A stretch of 64,000 nt of DNA, from the NCBI GenBank assembly GCA_038230375.1, contig JBBRNJ010000002.1:160001-224000 (forward strand). The letters are read 5' to 3'. A model generated the notes under the pieces. That model was given only the letters and a program-made list of their open reading frames with translations. It was not told the origin of the DNA and made no database searches. This stretch comes from Polyangiales bacterium. Its GTDB lineage: Bacteria > Myxococcota_A > Polyangia > Polyangiales > Polyangiaceae. Positions 47,738-58,281 of this stretch are shown here, piece after piece. Made by a program: the position numbers and the translations under genes. Numbering within the stretch: the stretch's first letter is position 1; the number at the start of each line of letters is the position of its first letter.

Positions 47738-50700
47738 TCAGTGGCCTGCGGGTTTTTCTAGCAGGAGTGAGAGCTGGGCTCGGATGTCTCCGTCTGCTTT
47801 CTGTGCGCGCGCGCGGATGACGCGGAGGCCCTCGCCGCGATCGAGCACGAGTAGCGCTCGTGCCATCTCCATCAGCACCGCGGGTGCTTCGTCGGCTTGT
47901 TCGGCGCCGCGCAGCATGGAGAGGAAGCCAGCCTTGCCCTCGAGCGCGCGTGACAGGATCTGAACGGCACGCGCACGCTGGGCGCCGATGCAGAATGACA
48001 GCGCGGTCGCGGCCGCCGCACGCAGCGCGTCCCCGGCGACACCACGGGCCATGAGGAGCTTCTCGATGTGGCCAAGCACGTTCTCGTCGATGAGGCGTGC
48101 CCTGCCCAGCTCCCCCAGCGCGGTCGCCCGTACGGCCTCATCGGGCTGATCGAGCGCCTCGACGAGAAGCCCTCGCGCGCGTTCGCCCGCGGTGTTGACG
48201 AGCGCCGTGAGCGCGGCGCCACGGAGCTTTGGCACCTTGAGGAACTTCGCGCACTGCTCCGCCAGCTTGGGGTCCCCGTGCTGCGGCATGGCGAGCAGCA
48301 GATCCTCGGCGAGGCCAGAGTCGAAGCCCTCGCGGTTCGGGTCGAGCTTGGCAAGCAGCTGCCCGAGCACCACTGCACCGTGCGAGCCGGTCTGCTTCAT
48401 CGCGTGGACGAAGTACTGGCGACCCGACGGCTCACGCAGCTGCTCGCGTGCAAGCAGCAACGCCTGCGCGCCCGCGTTACCAGCCAGGATGAGGAGCTGC
48501 CGCGCGGGTTCGCGAACTTGCTGCTGACCGACGAGCATCACCTTTGCCGTGGGCAGCAGCCGGTCTTTGTCCACGACCGACGTCATGACCTTCAGCGCCA
48601 TCTCCTCGCGGGGGCCAGGGCTCTTGCCCTTGGAGCGAGCGATGCGCGCCAGGGCGGTCACCGTTGCCAGGAGCGCGGGTGCCTCACCCCGCTTCGCGAG
48701 GAGCTTCATCGCGGCCTTGAAGATGGCCATCGAGTTCTGGAGAATCCGCATGTCGTGCAGATCTTCGAGCGCACGCAGGTGTGACGCAGGGTCGCGGGCC
48801 AGCGCGTCTGCCAGGCCTTCCGCGCGGATGGAGAGTGAAAGGTCGGGCGGGAGATCCTGCTCGCTCACCAGCTTGCGCTTTGCGAGCTCGCGCAGAGAAT
48901 CGAAAGACTCCGGCGTGCGCTCATGCAGGAAGCGCGTGGAGAGCAGCGACAGGACGTGCTTCGTGCGTTCGCGCTCCGGACCACCCGGCGGGAGCTGCTC
49001 GTACTCTGCGATGATCTGTGGTGTCACGTCGATGCAGCGCGTGAGCGGCAGCCGCTCCACGAGCACCTGCGCGGCGCTCTCGGTGCGGGCGCCTTGCGGT
49101 GACAGGATGTCCGAGTTGACCAGGAACTGACGCAATTCGTCGGGCTTCGCGAGCACGCGCGAGGCGCTGAGGAGCAGGTCCGAGCGCGTCTCCTTGATCT
49201 TGCGAGGCGACAGGCCTCGCGTCTGCGCGAGCGCGACGTCCTTCGCGAGGCGCGAGATGCAGAGACCGACCTTCCACGAGAGCTTCCGGTCGCGACCGAT
49301 GACATCCGGCGCGAAGAGCGCAGAGATACTCTCGCGCGGCTGGTCGTTGAAGGTGCGCGCCGTCACCTCGGTGTGCGAACGCAGCGTCTGCACCAGGGCC
49401 GCCAGATCCGCGTCCACGATGCTCTCGCGGATGGTCAACGCGGCCACACCCCGCCGCGCGAGCTCCGTGATGAACGGTTGTCCGTAGGTACTGTGGAGAT
49501 CTCCGAGCAGCTTCTTGAGGTCCGCTGCGTCGCCGTCGCCCGAGAGCACGAAGAAGCCCATCGACTTCTGCGTGTCGCGCCGCGCGAAGGTGACCTCACC
49601 GCGCGAGTTCAGGAACGCCGTGAGGCTGCGCTTCAGGTGCTTCAGGTTCTGCGCCTGCTGCTGCGCGTCGTCTGTCTGGAAGGGGCCAAGGCCGCAGATG
49701 GCGCTCGCGAACGCGATGAAGAACGTCGCGAATCCGCCCTGAGGATCCGCGAGCGGCGCTGCGGCGACCTTCTGCGAACCGGAGATCTCTCCTGTCGCGT
49801 GCAAGGGCTTCTCGCCGTCGGCCAGGATCTCTTTCAGCTCGGTACGCATCGCGCGCGCCGACTGCTGCCGGTTCTTCGGATCCTTCGCGAGCGACTTGAG
49901 GATCACCTCCTCGAGCAGCGGGTCGATGTCCTTCCGGAACTGCGACGGCGGCGGAGGCGGGTCCTTCGCGTGGTGAACGATGGTCTCCAGCGGGTTCTCC
50001 GACACGAACGGAGTGCGGCCGGTGATGAGCTCGTAGATCGTGCAGCCGCACGCGTAGACGTCCGTGCGTGCATCGGCGGTCTCGCCGCGTGCCTGCTCCG
50101 GTGACATGTACTCCGGCGTGCCGCAGATGTATCCGGCGCCCACGCTGAGATCCAGGTCCTCCGAGCGCGTGTTCTGGAGCGCAGCGATTCCGAAGTCACA
50201 CACCTTCACGAGCTCGATCGGGCGGTTCTCGTCGTCGCGGCTGTTGACGATCACGATGTTGTCCGGCTTCACGTCGCGGTGGACGATGCCTTGCTCGTGC
50301 GCGGCCGATAGCCCGGAGCACACCTGCATCATCACGCCGATCGCGCGCTCCTTCGTGAAGTTTCCGCCGCTCTCCTTCAGCACGTTCTGGAGGCTCGTTC
50401 CGGAGAGGAACTCCATCACGATGTAGACCAGGCCGTCGGGCTCCTGTCCGAAGTCCATGACGCGCATGATGTTCGGGTGGTCGAGCTGGCTCGCTGCCAG
50501 GGCCTCGCCGTGGAACCGCTTCATGAACTGCAGGTCGTTCTGGTAGTGCGGGTGCAAGACCTTGATCGCGACTACGCGGCGGAGGTCGCGGTGCTGTGCC
50601 TTGTACACGGCACCCGTCGCGCCGCTGCCGACAAGCGAATCGATCGTATATTTCCCGCCTGCGATCTGGCGGCCGAGCAGCGGATCGAGGGGCGGTGCCA

Positions 50701-51874
50701 GCCCGTCGGGCGCCTTCCTCGTGATGGTCGCCTCGTCGATGTCGATGTCGAGGTCCTCGAGAGAAGGCGAAGGCGCGTCCCAGTTGACGCCAAGGTCGAC
50801 GGGTTCTTTGCCCTCGGCGACGGGCATACGAATGAGTGTCTGCGCGTCCTCGTCGTGCGAGAACTCGAAGTCGTCCAGGGGTATGTCGACAGGTAGCGCA
50901 GGCGGTGCGGGAAGTGCCTGGGGTGGCGCGGGTGCGGCCTGCGGAGGCGGGGGCTGTGGCTGCGACACCGCCGCGAATGGGGGTGGCGTCGCGGCGCGGG
51001 GGCTCTCGCGCTCTTCAACGGGTGCGGCCAGCGCATCGGTCGGGAGCTCCACCACCGCGTTGCCCGAGCCCGGCGGCGGGGGCGGCAAGGGAAATCCGAG
51101 CGCCGGCGTGAGCGTGAAATCCTCGCGGGTGTGGGTGACGTTGGGACCGCGTGCGTCTTGCGGCTCGGGCTCCGCCTCGGGCAGCGGAAGGTCGAAGAGA
51201 TCGCCCTCGGGACCGAGCTCTATGGGCGGCAGGTCCGGGAAGTCCGGAATCGCGACGAGCGGATGCTGCTCACCGAGATCCGCCACCGGCGGTGGGTTCG
51301 CCGCGCTGCCGAGCGACGCGAGCGCTGCCTCCAGGTCATCGAAGTCGTCGCCGAGTGTGAGGCTGATGGACGGATCCGCGGCGTGCGCGTCGCTCTCGTC
51401 CCACTCCTCCTCCTCTGCCTTGGCTGCGGCAGTCTTCGGCGCGGCTGCTGGCGCGGCGGACGGCGCCTTCCACATGGTATCGGCGTATGCATCGAAGCCG
51501 GAGTCGCTCGTGTCGGGCGGCGTGGTCACTGCGCCGGGGGGCGCGCCGGGCGGAGGGGACGAGTCGTGGTTCGGAGCGAGCGTCTCCAGCATGCCGAACA
51601 ACTCGGCGGACTGGGCCCTTGTGAGTGGACGAAGGCGTAGTGGATACGTGCCGTTCTCTGGTGCCCCGGCTACCTCGGCGGAGACCCGGATCCGATCGTT
51701 CGTCCGATCGGGCCGGTCCGTGGTGCTGAGCTCCAGGGTGAAGCTTCCCCCGGGGGAAGGCACCTCGGACAACGGGAGTTTGACGACCTCTTGTCGCAAG
51801 GCGGCTCGGACCGCGCGAGCAAGCTGCGCGCGGTCTGGCACACGCGAGACGATGGTTCTAGACCCTTCGGCCAC
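47738..51874 (-). CDS. large Ser/Thr protein kinase with a PilZ-like N-terminus, P/D/E-rich linker and C-terminal HEAT-like repeats
   Basis: 'GSGATGAVYKA', 'VAIK', 'HRDVKPDN', 'DFG', 'GTPEYMSPE'; C-terminal 'LDQPDEAVRATALGELG'-type repeats. Confidence 0.88.
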   Translation of the reverse strand: MAEGSRTIVSRVPDRAQLARAVRAALRQEVVKLPLSEVPSPGGSFTLELSTTDRPDRTNDRIRVSAEVAGAPENGTYPLRLRPLTRAQSAELFGMLETLAPNHDSSPPPGAPPGAVTTPPDTSDSGFDAYADTMWKAPSAAPAAAPKTAAAKAEEEEWDESDAHAADPSISLTLGDDFDDLEAALASLGSAANPPPVADLGEQHPLVAIPDFPDLPPIELGPEGDLFDLPLPEAEPEPQDARGPNVTHTREDFTLTPALGFPLPPPPPGSGNAVVELPTDALAAPVEERESPRAATPPPFAAVSQPQPPPPQAAPAPPQALPAPPALPVDIPLDDFEFSHDEDAQTLIRMPVAEGKEPVDLGVNWDAPSPSLEDLDIDIDEATITRKAPDGLAPPLDPLLGRQIAGGKYTIDSLVGSGATGAVYKAQHRDLRRVVAIKVLHPHYQNDLQFMKRFHGEALAASQLDHPNIMRVMDFGQEPDGLVYIVMEFLSGTSLQNVLKESGGNFTKERAIGVMMQVCSGLSAAHEQGIVHRDVKPDNIVIVNSRDDENRPIELVKVCDFGIAALQNTRSEDLDLSVGAGYICGTPEYMSPEQARGETADARTDVYACGCTIYELITGRTPFVSENPLETIVHHAKDPPPPPSQFRKDIDPLLEEVILKSLAKDPKNRQQSARAMRTELKEILADGEKPLHATGEISGSQKVAAAPLADPQGGFATFFIAFASAICGLGPFQTDDAQQQAQNLKHLKRSLTAFLNSRGEVTFARRDTQKSMGFFVLSGDGDAADLKKLLGDLHSTYGQPFITELARRGVAALTIRESIVDADLAALVQTLRSHTEVTARTFNDQPRESISALFAPDVIGRDRKLSWKVGLCISRLAKDVALAQTRGLSPRKIKETRSDLLLSASRVLAKPDELRQFLVNSDILSPQGARTESAAQVLVERLPLTRCIDVTPQIIAEYEQLPPGGPERERTKHVLSLLSTRFLHERTPESFDSLRELAKRKLVSEQDLPPDLSLSIRAEGLADALARDPASHLRALEDLHDMRILQNSMAIFKAAMKLLAKRGEAPALLATVTALARIARSKGKSPGPREEMALKVMTSVVDKDRLLPTAKVMLVGQQQVREPARQLLILAGNAGAQALLLAREQLREPSGRQYFVHAMKQTGSHGAVVLGQLLAKLDPNREGFDSGLAEDLLLAMPQHGDPKLAEQCAKFLKVPKLRGAALTALVNTAGERARGLLVEALDQPDEAVRATALGELGRARLIDENVLGHIEKLLMARGVAGDALRAAAATALSFCIGAQRARAVQILSRALEGKAGFLSMLRGAEQADEAPAVLMEMARALLVLDRGEGLRVIRARAQKADGDIRAQLSLLLEKPAGH

Positions 51875-51958
51875 GTAGGTCTGAGTGTACGCTGGGATGG
51901 CGAGAAACGGCCAGGAAAGAGGAACTACATTGGCTCCACTCCCGACGCGCTTCTCCTC

Positions 51959-52588
51959 TCAGCCTGTCACCGCCGCCCGCCGGCGCCGGTATACCGGGTA
52001 GGTGTCGGTGCTCGCCGCGAACGGCCCGCCAGGGAAGGATCTGGGCGCGAGAGGCTCAAAGCCGTGGGCGGCGAAGAGGCCAAGCGGCCCAAGCCACGCT
52101 TCCTCGTCGGAGAGGCGCTGGGCCTCCATCGCGCGGCGCGGGTAGGCCTCGAGATCGTAGGTCCCGCCGAGCAGCTCCGTGGCCGCAAGAAGCAGCGCGC
52201 GCGCCACCCCCTGGCCCCGGTGTGCGGGGTGGACCAGGAAACACGAGATGCTCGCGACCGACGCGTCGTCCCCCAGGTCCAGCATCCGATAGACGGGGAG
52301 GTTGCGCAATCGGGGGACTCGCGCCCGCGCGGTCACCCGCATCCAGCCAACGATGGCCGGCGCGGGACCTTCGGCCTCCGCGACGAGGCCCACGAGCTCG
52401 CCCGTCTCGAGCTCCCCTGCGAGCTCGTCCTTGTTCTTCTCCGGCTCGAATGCGGCGCGCGCCAGCCAGTCGTTCTTGGTTCCCTCGAAGAACCAGTAGC
52501 GGCAGTGGCATCCGCACGCGGCGGCATCGAAGAGGGCGCCAAGGCCGACGATGTCTGCAGGCGCGGCCTTGCGTGCGCGGACGTTCAC
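51959..52588 (-). CDS. GNAT-family N-acetyltransferase
   Basis: 'CFLVHPAHRGQGVARALL', 'LEAYP' and an N-terminal 'CGCHCRYW'. GTGA overlap with gatA. Confidence 0.85.
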   Translation of the reverse strand: MNVRARKAAPADIVGLGALFDAAACGCHCRYWFFEGTKNDWLARAAFEPEKNKDELAGELETGELVGLVAEAEGPAPAIVGWMRVTARARVPRLRNLPVYRMLDLGDDASVASISCFLVHPAHRGQGVARALLLAATELLGGTYDLEAYPRRAMEAQRLSDEEAWLGPLGLFAAHGFEPLAPRSFPGGPFAASTDTYPVYRRRRAAVTG

Positions 52589-54030
52589 GCGCCTTCCGCG
52601 AGCCGCGGTGGATATCGCGTCTCGACGGCGGCCGCGATCGACAACAGCGCACCTTCGTCACCGGCGCGGCAGACGATATGCAGGCCCACCGGAAGCCCGC
52701 TTGGCGTGGGCGCGACCGGAACACTCAACGCAGGCAGCCCCGCCAGGCTCGCGGGAATGGTGTACGCGTCGGAGAGGTACATCGCGAGCGGATCGTCAGC
52801 GAGCTCGCCCAGCTTCCAGGCGGCAGTCGGCGCGACGGGAGACACGATCGCGTCGATGCTGGTGAAGGCGTCCTCGAAGTCCTTCGCGATCAGGCGGCGA
52901 GCCGCGAGCGCGCGACCGTAGTACGCGTCGTAGTAGCCCGACGACAGCACGAACGTGCCGAGCAGGATGCGTCGCTTCACTTCGGCGCCGAAGCCAAGCG
53001 CGCGCGTGGCCGAGATGAGCTCGCCCAGTGATGAACGCCCCTTGGCCCGCACACCAAAGCGAACGCCGTCGAACCGGGAGAGGTTACTGGACGCCTCCGC
53101 CGGTGCGATCACGTAGTAGGTCGCCACGGCGAGCGCCGTGTGCGGCATGGCGATCGGTACGAGCGCCGCGCCCATCTCGGTGAGCGCGGCGAGCGCCTGA
53201 TCGATGCTCGTGCGCACCTCCGCGGAGAGGCCGTCCGCGAAGTACTCCGCAGGCACGCCAAGGCGGAGCCCGTTGACCTTGCCATGGGCGAGCGCTTCGG
53301 TTGCGGTGGGTGGCTCGCGCAGGGACGTCATGTCGTGCGCGCACGCGCCGCTGATCACGTCGAGCAGGCGCGCGGCACCGCGAACGTCGTTCGCAATGGG
53401 CCCGACCTGATCGAGGCTCGAGGCAAACGCGACCAGCCCGTAGCGCGACACGCGCCCATAGGTTGGCTTCACGCCCACGGTTCCGGTGAACGACGCGGGC
53501 TGGCGCACGGAGCCGCCGGTGTCGCTGCCGATCGCCGCGGGCACCATGCCGGAGGCCACGGCGGCCGCGCTTCCACCGGAGGAGCCGCCTGGCGTGCGTG
53601 CGCGGTCCCATGGGTTTTTCGTGGGGAAGAACGCGCTGTGCTCGGTGGACGAGCCCATCGCGAACTCGTCCATGTTGGCCTTGCCCACGATCACTGCGTC
53701 TTCCGCGAGCAGTCGCTGCACCACGGTCGCGTCGTATGGCGGCACGTAGCCAGCGAGGAGCTTCGAGCCGCACGTGGTCACGACGCCGCGCGTGACAAGG
53801 GCGTCCTTCACGGCCACGGGCACACCGGCAAGGCGTCCGAGAGCCTCGCCACGCGCGCGCTTCTTGTCGACAGCGCGGGCCTGCTCGCGTGCATACTCCC
53901 CGCTCACTGTGATGAAAGCGGACACCTCGGGATCGCGCGCGGCGATCGCGCGCAGGGATGCCTCGCATGCCGCCTCCGCCGTGAGCTCACCGTGCGTGAC
54001 GGCGTCCGCGATCTGCCACACATGCTGCAT
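52585..54030 (-). CDS. gatA: Asp/Glu-tRNA amidotransferase subunit A
   Basis: Amidase signature 'PGGSSGGSAAAV...GSDTGGSVRQPA', 'EASSNLSRFDG' and 'EVKRRILLG'. Confidence 0.95.
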   Translation of the reverse strand: MQHVWQIADAVTHGELTAEAACEASLRAIAARDPEVSAFITVSGEYAREQARAVDKKRARGEALGRLAGVPVAVKDALVTRGVVTTCGSKLLAGYVPPYDATVVQRLLAEDAVIVGKANMDEFAMGSSTEHSAFFPTKNPWDRARTPGGSSGGSAAAVASGMVPAAIGSDTGGSVRQPASFTGTVGVKPTYGRVSRYGLVAFASSLDQVGPIANDVRGAARLLDVISGACAHDMTSLREPPTATEALAHGKVNGLRLGVPAEYFADGLSAEVRTSIDQALAALTEMGAALVPIAMPHTALAVATYYVIAPAEASSNLSRFDGVRFGVRAKGRSSLGELISATRALGFGAEVKRRILLGTFVLSSGYYDAYYGRALAARRLIAKDFEDAFTSIDAIVSPVAPTAAWKLGELADDPLAMYLSDAYTIPASLAGLPALSVPVAPTPSGLPVGLHIVCRAGDEGALLSIAAAVETRYPPRLAEGA

Positions 54031-54033
54031 GCT

Positions 54034-54324
54034 CTATCCCGATACGAAGGTGGGAACCGAGAAGCCGCCGTCAGCCGTCTCCGGAGCGGCTGCGAGCGCG
54101 TCTTCGTGACTCAGCCCCGGCGTGACGGTGTCCGCACGCAGCGCATCGAGCGAGCCGGCACCATGCGCGGCTCCGGGCGCACTCGCCGCGGCGCTGACGG
54201 TGAGCACATGCTCCACGTGGCCAAGGATGATGCCGAGGTCCTTCGAGAGCGCGGCGATCTCCGGCTCCGCGAGCGGCAGAGAAGCGAGCTTGCCAAGATG
54301 CAGGATCTCGTCACGCGTGATCAC
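54034..54324 (-). CDS. gatC: Asp/Glu-tRNA amidotransferase subunit C
   Basis: 'ITRDEILHLGKLASL...LRADTV...ALAAAP...GGFSVP'. The GTG overlaps the pit stop; immediately upstream of gatA. Confidence 0.88.
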   Translation of the reverse strand: MITRDEILHLGKLASLPLAEPEIAALSKDLGIILGHVEHVLTVSAAASAPGAAHGAGSLDALRADTVTPGLSHEDALAAAPETADGGFSVPTFVSG

Positions 54325-55379
54325 GTGAGCACCGCGCGGAGCGCCAGCATCACCAGGTACGCCATCAAGCCAGAGAGCGGAAGCGTCACCACCCACGCGA
54401 TGAGGATGTTCGTCGCCACGCCCCAGCGCACCGCGGAGACGCGCTTGCTCGCGCCCACGCCCATGATGCAGGCGTTGATGCAGTGGGTCGTGGACACGGG
54501 GATACCAAGGCGGCTCGCGCCGAGGATCACGAGCGTGCCCGCCGTTTCCGCCGCAAAACCTTGCAGCGGAGTGATGCGGATGATCTTGGAGCCCATCGTC
54601 TTGATGATGCGCTTGCCGCCGCCCATCGTGCCCATGGCGATCGCCGCAGCGCACACGATGATGACCCAGGTGGGGACGCTTCCGGGCGCGAGCTTCGTGA
54701 CGTGCCCGGTGAAGATCGAGGTCTGGGTCGTGGGCAGGACCCACTCTGGAAGGACGCCCTTGGCCGCGTACGCAGTGAGCGCCAGCGTGATGATGCCCAT
54801 CGATTTTTGGGCGTCGTTCGAGCCGTGCGAGAAGGCCATCATGCAGGCGCTGAGGAGCTGGAATCTCCGCGCGCCCTTGTTCACCATCTCTGGCTTCATC
54901 GATCGCACGATCCAGGTGATGCCGACCATGAGGAAGAACGCAGCGACGAAGCCAATGGCGGGGGATGCAACGAGGGGGATGAGGACCTTGTCCTTCAGCG
55001 TGACCCACTTGAACGCCGACACACCCGCGTGCGCAACGACGGCGCCCGCGAGGCCGCCAATGAGCGCGTGAGACGAGGAGGACGGGATGCCCCACCACCA
55101 GGTGAGGAGGTTCCAGATGCAAGCGCCAATGAGCGCCGCGAGCACGACCGACTGCGTGACGATGGCTGGGTCCGCAAAGCCGGACGCGATGGTCTTCGCG
55201 ACGGCGGTGCCGGTCATGGCGCCCACGAAGTTGAAGATGCCCGCGATGATCACCGCCGTGCGGACGTGGAGCACGCCCGTGGACACGACCGTGGCGATCG
55301 CATTGGCTGCATCGTGGAAGCCATTGATGTAGTCGAACACCACGGCAACGATGATGACTGCGATGAGCAGACTAAGCAT
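54321..55379 (-). CDS. pit: PiT-family inorganic phosphate transporter
   Basis: 'NGFHDAANAIAT', 'GIPSSSSHAL', 'HGSNDAQKSMG' and 'PVSTTH'. Confidence 0.95.
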   Translation of the reverse strand: MLSLLIAVIIVAVVFDYINGFHDAANAIATVVSTGVLHVRTAVIIAGIFNFVGAMTGTAVAKTIASGFADPAIVTQSVVLAALIGACIWNLLTWWWGIPSSSSHALIGGLAGAVVAHAGVSAFKWVTLKDKVLIPLVASPAIGFVAAFFLMVGITWIVRSMKPEMVNKGARRFQLLSACMMAFSHGSNDAQKSMGIITLALTAYAAKGVLPEWVLPTTQTSIFTGHVTKLAPGSVPTWVIIVCAAAIAMGTMGGGKRIIKTMGSKIIRITPLQGFAAETAGTLVILGASRLGIPVSTTHCINACIMGVGASKRVSAVRWGVATNILIAWVVTLPLSGLMAYLVMLALRAVLT

Positions 55380-55381
55380 GT

Positions 55382-56023
55382 TCAGCCATGCTTTACGGCA
55401 AGGTTGGCGAGCGTCGCTGCCACGTGCTCGCAGTGGTCGATCGCGTTCTCGAGATCGTCGAGGACCTCGCGCTCGCGCATCAGCTTCTTTGCATCCACGG
55501 CGTCATCACGAAAGAGCTGGGACACGGCATCGCGGTAGACGATATCGGCATCCTTCTCGAGCTTGCGTACGGTGTGACTGCACTCGATGAGCTCGGCGTA
55601 CTTGTGCGCGCGTAGCTTCGGAACGGCGTCCTTCAGCGTCTCGGTACACTCCGCGAGCTTGTCGATCAGCTTCTTCATCGGGTCGGTCGGCTGCGACACG
55701 CCGAAGAGCACGGAGGCACGGACGGCGCCATTCATGAGGTCGAGGATGTCGTCGAGCTCCTTCGAGAGCTTCTGGAGATCCTCGCGGTCGATCGGCGTCA
55801 CGAAGGTGCGCGCGAGGGCCTCTTCCAGCTCGAAGACGATCGCGTCACCCTTGTGCTCCAGCGCTTGCACGCGCTCGCGGACCGAGGCTGCGGTCGTGCC
55901 CTCGATCTTGAACTCGCACAGGGCGAGGGATGCCTCGTGCGCGACCGCGGCCTGCCTCTCCACGAAGTCGTAGAAGTGATCTTCTTTCGGGAGAAACCAG
56001 CGAACGACGTCTTGAAGCCCCAT
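55382..56023 (-). CDS. DUF47 phosphate-transport accessory protein
   Basis: 'LEHKGD', 'TFVTPIDREDL', 'LDDILD' and 'LENAIDHCE'; directly upstream of pit. Confidence 0.9.
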   Translation of the reverse strand: MGLQDVVRWFLPKEDHFYDFVERQAAVAHEASLALCEFKIEGTTAASVRERVQALEHKGDAIVFELEEALARTFVTPIDREDLQKLSKELDDILDLMNGAVRASVLFGVSQPTDPMKKLIDKLAECTETLKDAVPKLRAHKYAELIECSHTVRKLEKDADIVYRDAVSQLFRDDAVDAKKLMREREVLDDLENAIDHCEHVAATLANLAVKHG

Positions 56024-56093
56024 GACAGTTGTGCGCGACACTAGTCGGCCGATTCGAACGACGGCTAGAAAAAAATCCCGCGCAAACCCTGCG

Positions 56094-56348
<255 letters not shown>

Positions 56349-56362
56349 GCAGGTATTCTCCT

Positions 56363-57118
56363 TCAGAACACCGGCACGGTCCACGTCAGACCTGCGCGCG
56401 CCTCGAACACCGTCTCGTCGTCGACGAAGCCCCCACGGAGCGCTGCGTCGATCGCGATGCCATCGTTCACCTCCCAGATTGCGCCCCCGAGCGCGGAATA
56501 GCGCGTCTCCGCGGCGAAATTGCGCTCCCAGAACAGCTCCATCACAGGGCGAATGCGCCAGTCAATCGGGCCCTCCACGATGGCGCTCGTGAAGAGATCG
56601 CGATCGTGCTTGTCGCGCGTGAGCTGGAACACGCCGTTGAGATGCAGCGAGCCGTACTCGTTGCGGAACGACACGATGGTGCCCGCGGACGTGCCCACGC
56701 CGGGCTCACGACCTACGGTGGGCATGAGTGCGCCCGCCTCGAGCGCGACGCTCGGCCCTGGTCTGCCCTGGAGCACGCCGCGCCGCAGGATGTTCTTCAC
56801 GAAGAACTCTCCTTCGTCGTGCGCGTAGCGCGAGACACCATCGGGCGTGCGGTGGTCGAACGACAGTACGCCGCGGCCGCCGAGGACCAGCTCGGTGTCC
56901 GCTGCGACGCCGTAGTTCAGGATGTAGCGAGGCGCGATGAGGACGTGCTCGTGGTCCTCCTTCCGGTAGCCAGCGGGGCCGAACTCCAGCTCGAACTCAT
57001 GCAGATCGGCGACGTCTGCGTCCGTCCCGTCGAACGGCCGATACGCCCACGCCTCGCCGCCCATGCCGAGCACGAGGGTAAACGCCAACACCCGGACGAC
57101 GTGCAGCCCAAACCGCAT
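56363..57118 (-). CDS. exported protein, probable outer-membrane beta-barrel
   Basis: Signal peptide '[12 protein letters not shown]', amphipathic beta strands and a C-terminal aromatic residue (PVF). Confidence 0.6.
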   Translation of the reverse strand: MRFGLHVVRVLAFTLVLGMGGEAWAYRPFDGTDADVADLHEFELEFGPAGYRKEDHEHVLIAPRYILNYGVAADTELVLGGRGVLSFDHRTPDGVSRYAHDEGEFFVKNILRRGVLQGRPGPSVALEAGALMPTVGREPGVGTSAGTIVSFRNEYGSLHLNGVFQLTRDKHDRDLFTSAIVEGPIDWRIRPVMELFWERNFAAETRYSALGGAIWEVNDGIAIDAALRGGFVDDETVFEARAGLTWTVPVF

Positions 57119-57151
57119 GGGTGCGGGACTTTACCCGAGGCCCGGCATGAC

Positions 57152-57179
57152 TTGACAGGGAAACGGAGCCGCCTAATGT
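57152..57179 (+). promoter_or_regulatory. sigma70-type promoter for rpsB-tsf
   Basis: TTGACA (57152-57157), 16-nt spacer, TAATGT (57174-57179). Confidence 0.6.
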
Positions 57180-57247
57180 GCGCCTCCCGCTCTCGCCCCT
57201 CCGTGGACGAGCGCAGGCGGCCCCAGGGACTTCCGAAGGCCGAAATT

Positions 57248-57345
57248 CCCCACGTTTCCTCGCGCAAACGTCGTGTCCGGTGCGAGCCCAACCCCAGCTA
57301 TGTGGTTCGGCTCGTCGGCCCGATGAGGAAACGGAGGCTCAACCG
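57248..57345 (+). ncRNA. rpsB (S2) leader / t44-like cis-regulatory RNA
   Basis: cgtttcctc (57253-61) pairs with gaggaaacg (57325-33), with an inner cgagcc/ggctcg stem, followed by GGAGGCTCAACC, which resembles the GGAGGCATAACC of the E. coli rpsB leader. Confidence 0.65.
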
Positions 57346-57361
57346 AAAAGGAACCGCGCGC

Positions 57362-58243
57362 ATGTCCAACACTGAATCCGTCGTGACGAATGCCCAGGGC
57401 GTTCGTGACATCTCCGGGGGTTTCCCCCTTCCGCTCAAGTCCCTCCTCGATGCGGGCGTCCACTTCGGTCACCAGACCAAGCGCTGGAACCCGAAGATGC
57501 GCAGCTACATCTACGGCGCGCGCAACGGCGTCCACATCATCGACCTGGACCAGACGGCCCGCCTCTTCGCGCGTGCGTTCCACTTCGTGCAGGAGACCGT
57601 CTCTCGCGGCGGCCACCTCCTGATGGTGGGTACCAAGCGTCAGGCACAGGAGATCGTCGTCGAGGAGGCCTCGCGTTCTGGCTCTTCCTACGTCGTGAAC
57701 CGCTGGCTCGGTGGCACGCTCACGAACTTCCGCACCATCAAGGGCGGCCTCGAGCGCATGCGCACCCTCGAGCGCATGAAGGAAGACGGCACGTACCTGC
57801 AGCTCCCGAAGAAGGAAGTCTCGCGCCTCGAGAAAGAGCGCGAGCGCCTCGAGAAGTATCTCGGCGGCCTCAAGGGCCTGTCGGGCCTTCCGTCGGCCGT
57901 CTTCATCATCGACCCCGCGATGGAGACCATCGCCGTCGAAGAGGCGAAGAAGCTCAAGATCCCGATCATCGCGATCACGGACACGAACTGCGATCCGGAC
58001 GTCATCGACTACGTCATCCCCGGCAACGACGACGCGATCCGCTCCATCAAGCTGATCACGAACCGCCTCGGCGACGCCGCTCTCGAAGGCGCGCAGCGCC
58101 GCAAGGAGACCCAGGGGCGTGACGGCGGTGGTGGTGGTGGCGGTGGTCGCGACGAAGGTCGCGGCGGCGCACCCCAGGCCGATGTGTACCAGCGCGGTCG
58201 TCCGCGTAACGACGCGCCGCCCCCCGAAGGCGCCCCCAACTGA
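57362..58243 (+). CDS. rpsB: 30S ribosomal protein S2
   Basis: '[19 protein letters not shown]', '[10 protein letters not shown]', 'DTNCDPD' and '[11 protein letters not shown]'. Confidence 0.98.
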   Translation: MSNTESVVTNAQGVRDISGGFPLPLKSLLDAGVHFGHQTKRWNPKMRSYIYGARNGVHIIDLDQTARLFARAFHFVQETVSRGGHLLMVGTKRQAQEIVVEEASRSGSSYVVNRWLGGTLTNFRTIKGGLERMRTLERMKEDGTYLQLPKKEVSRLEKERERLEKYLGGLKGLSGLPSAVFIIDPAMETIAVEEAKKLKIPIIAITDTNCDPDVIDYVIPGNDDAIRSIKLITNRLGDAALEGAQRRKETQGRDGGGGGGGGRDEGRGGAPQADVYQRGRPRNDAPPPEGAPN

Positions 58244-58281
58244 GCTCCCGGACGCTCTGAGAACGAAAAGGCAGGAATCAT

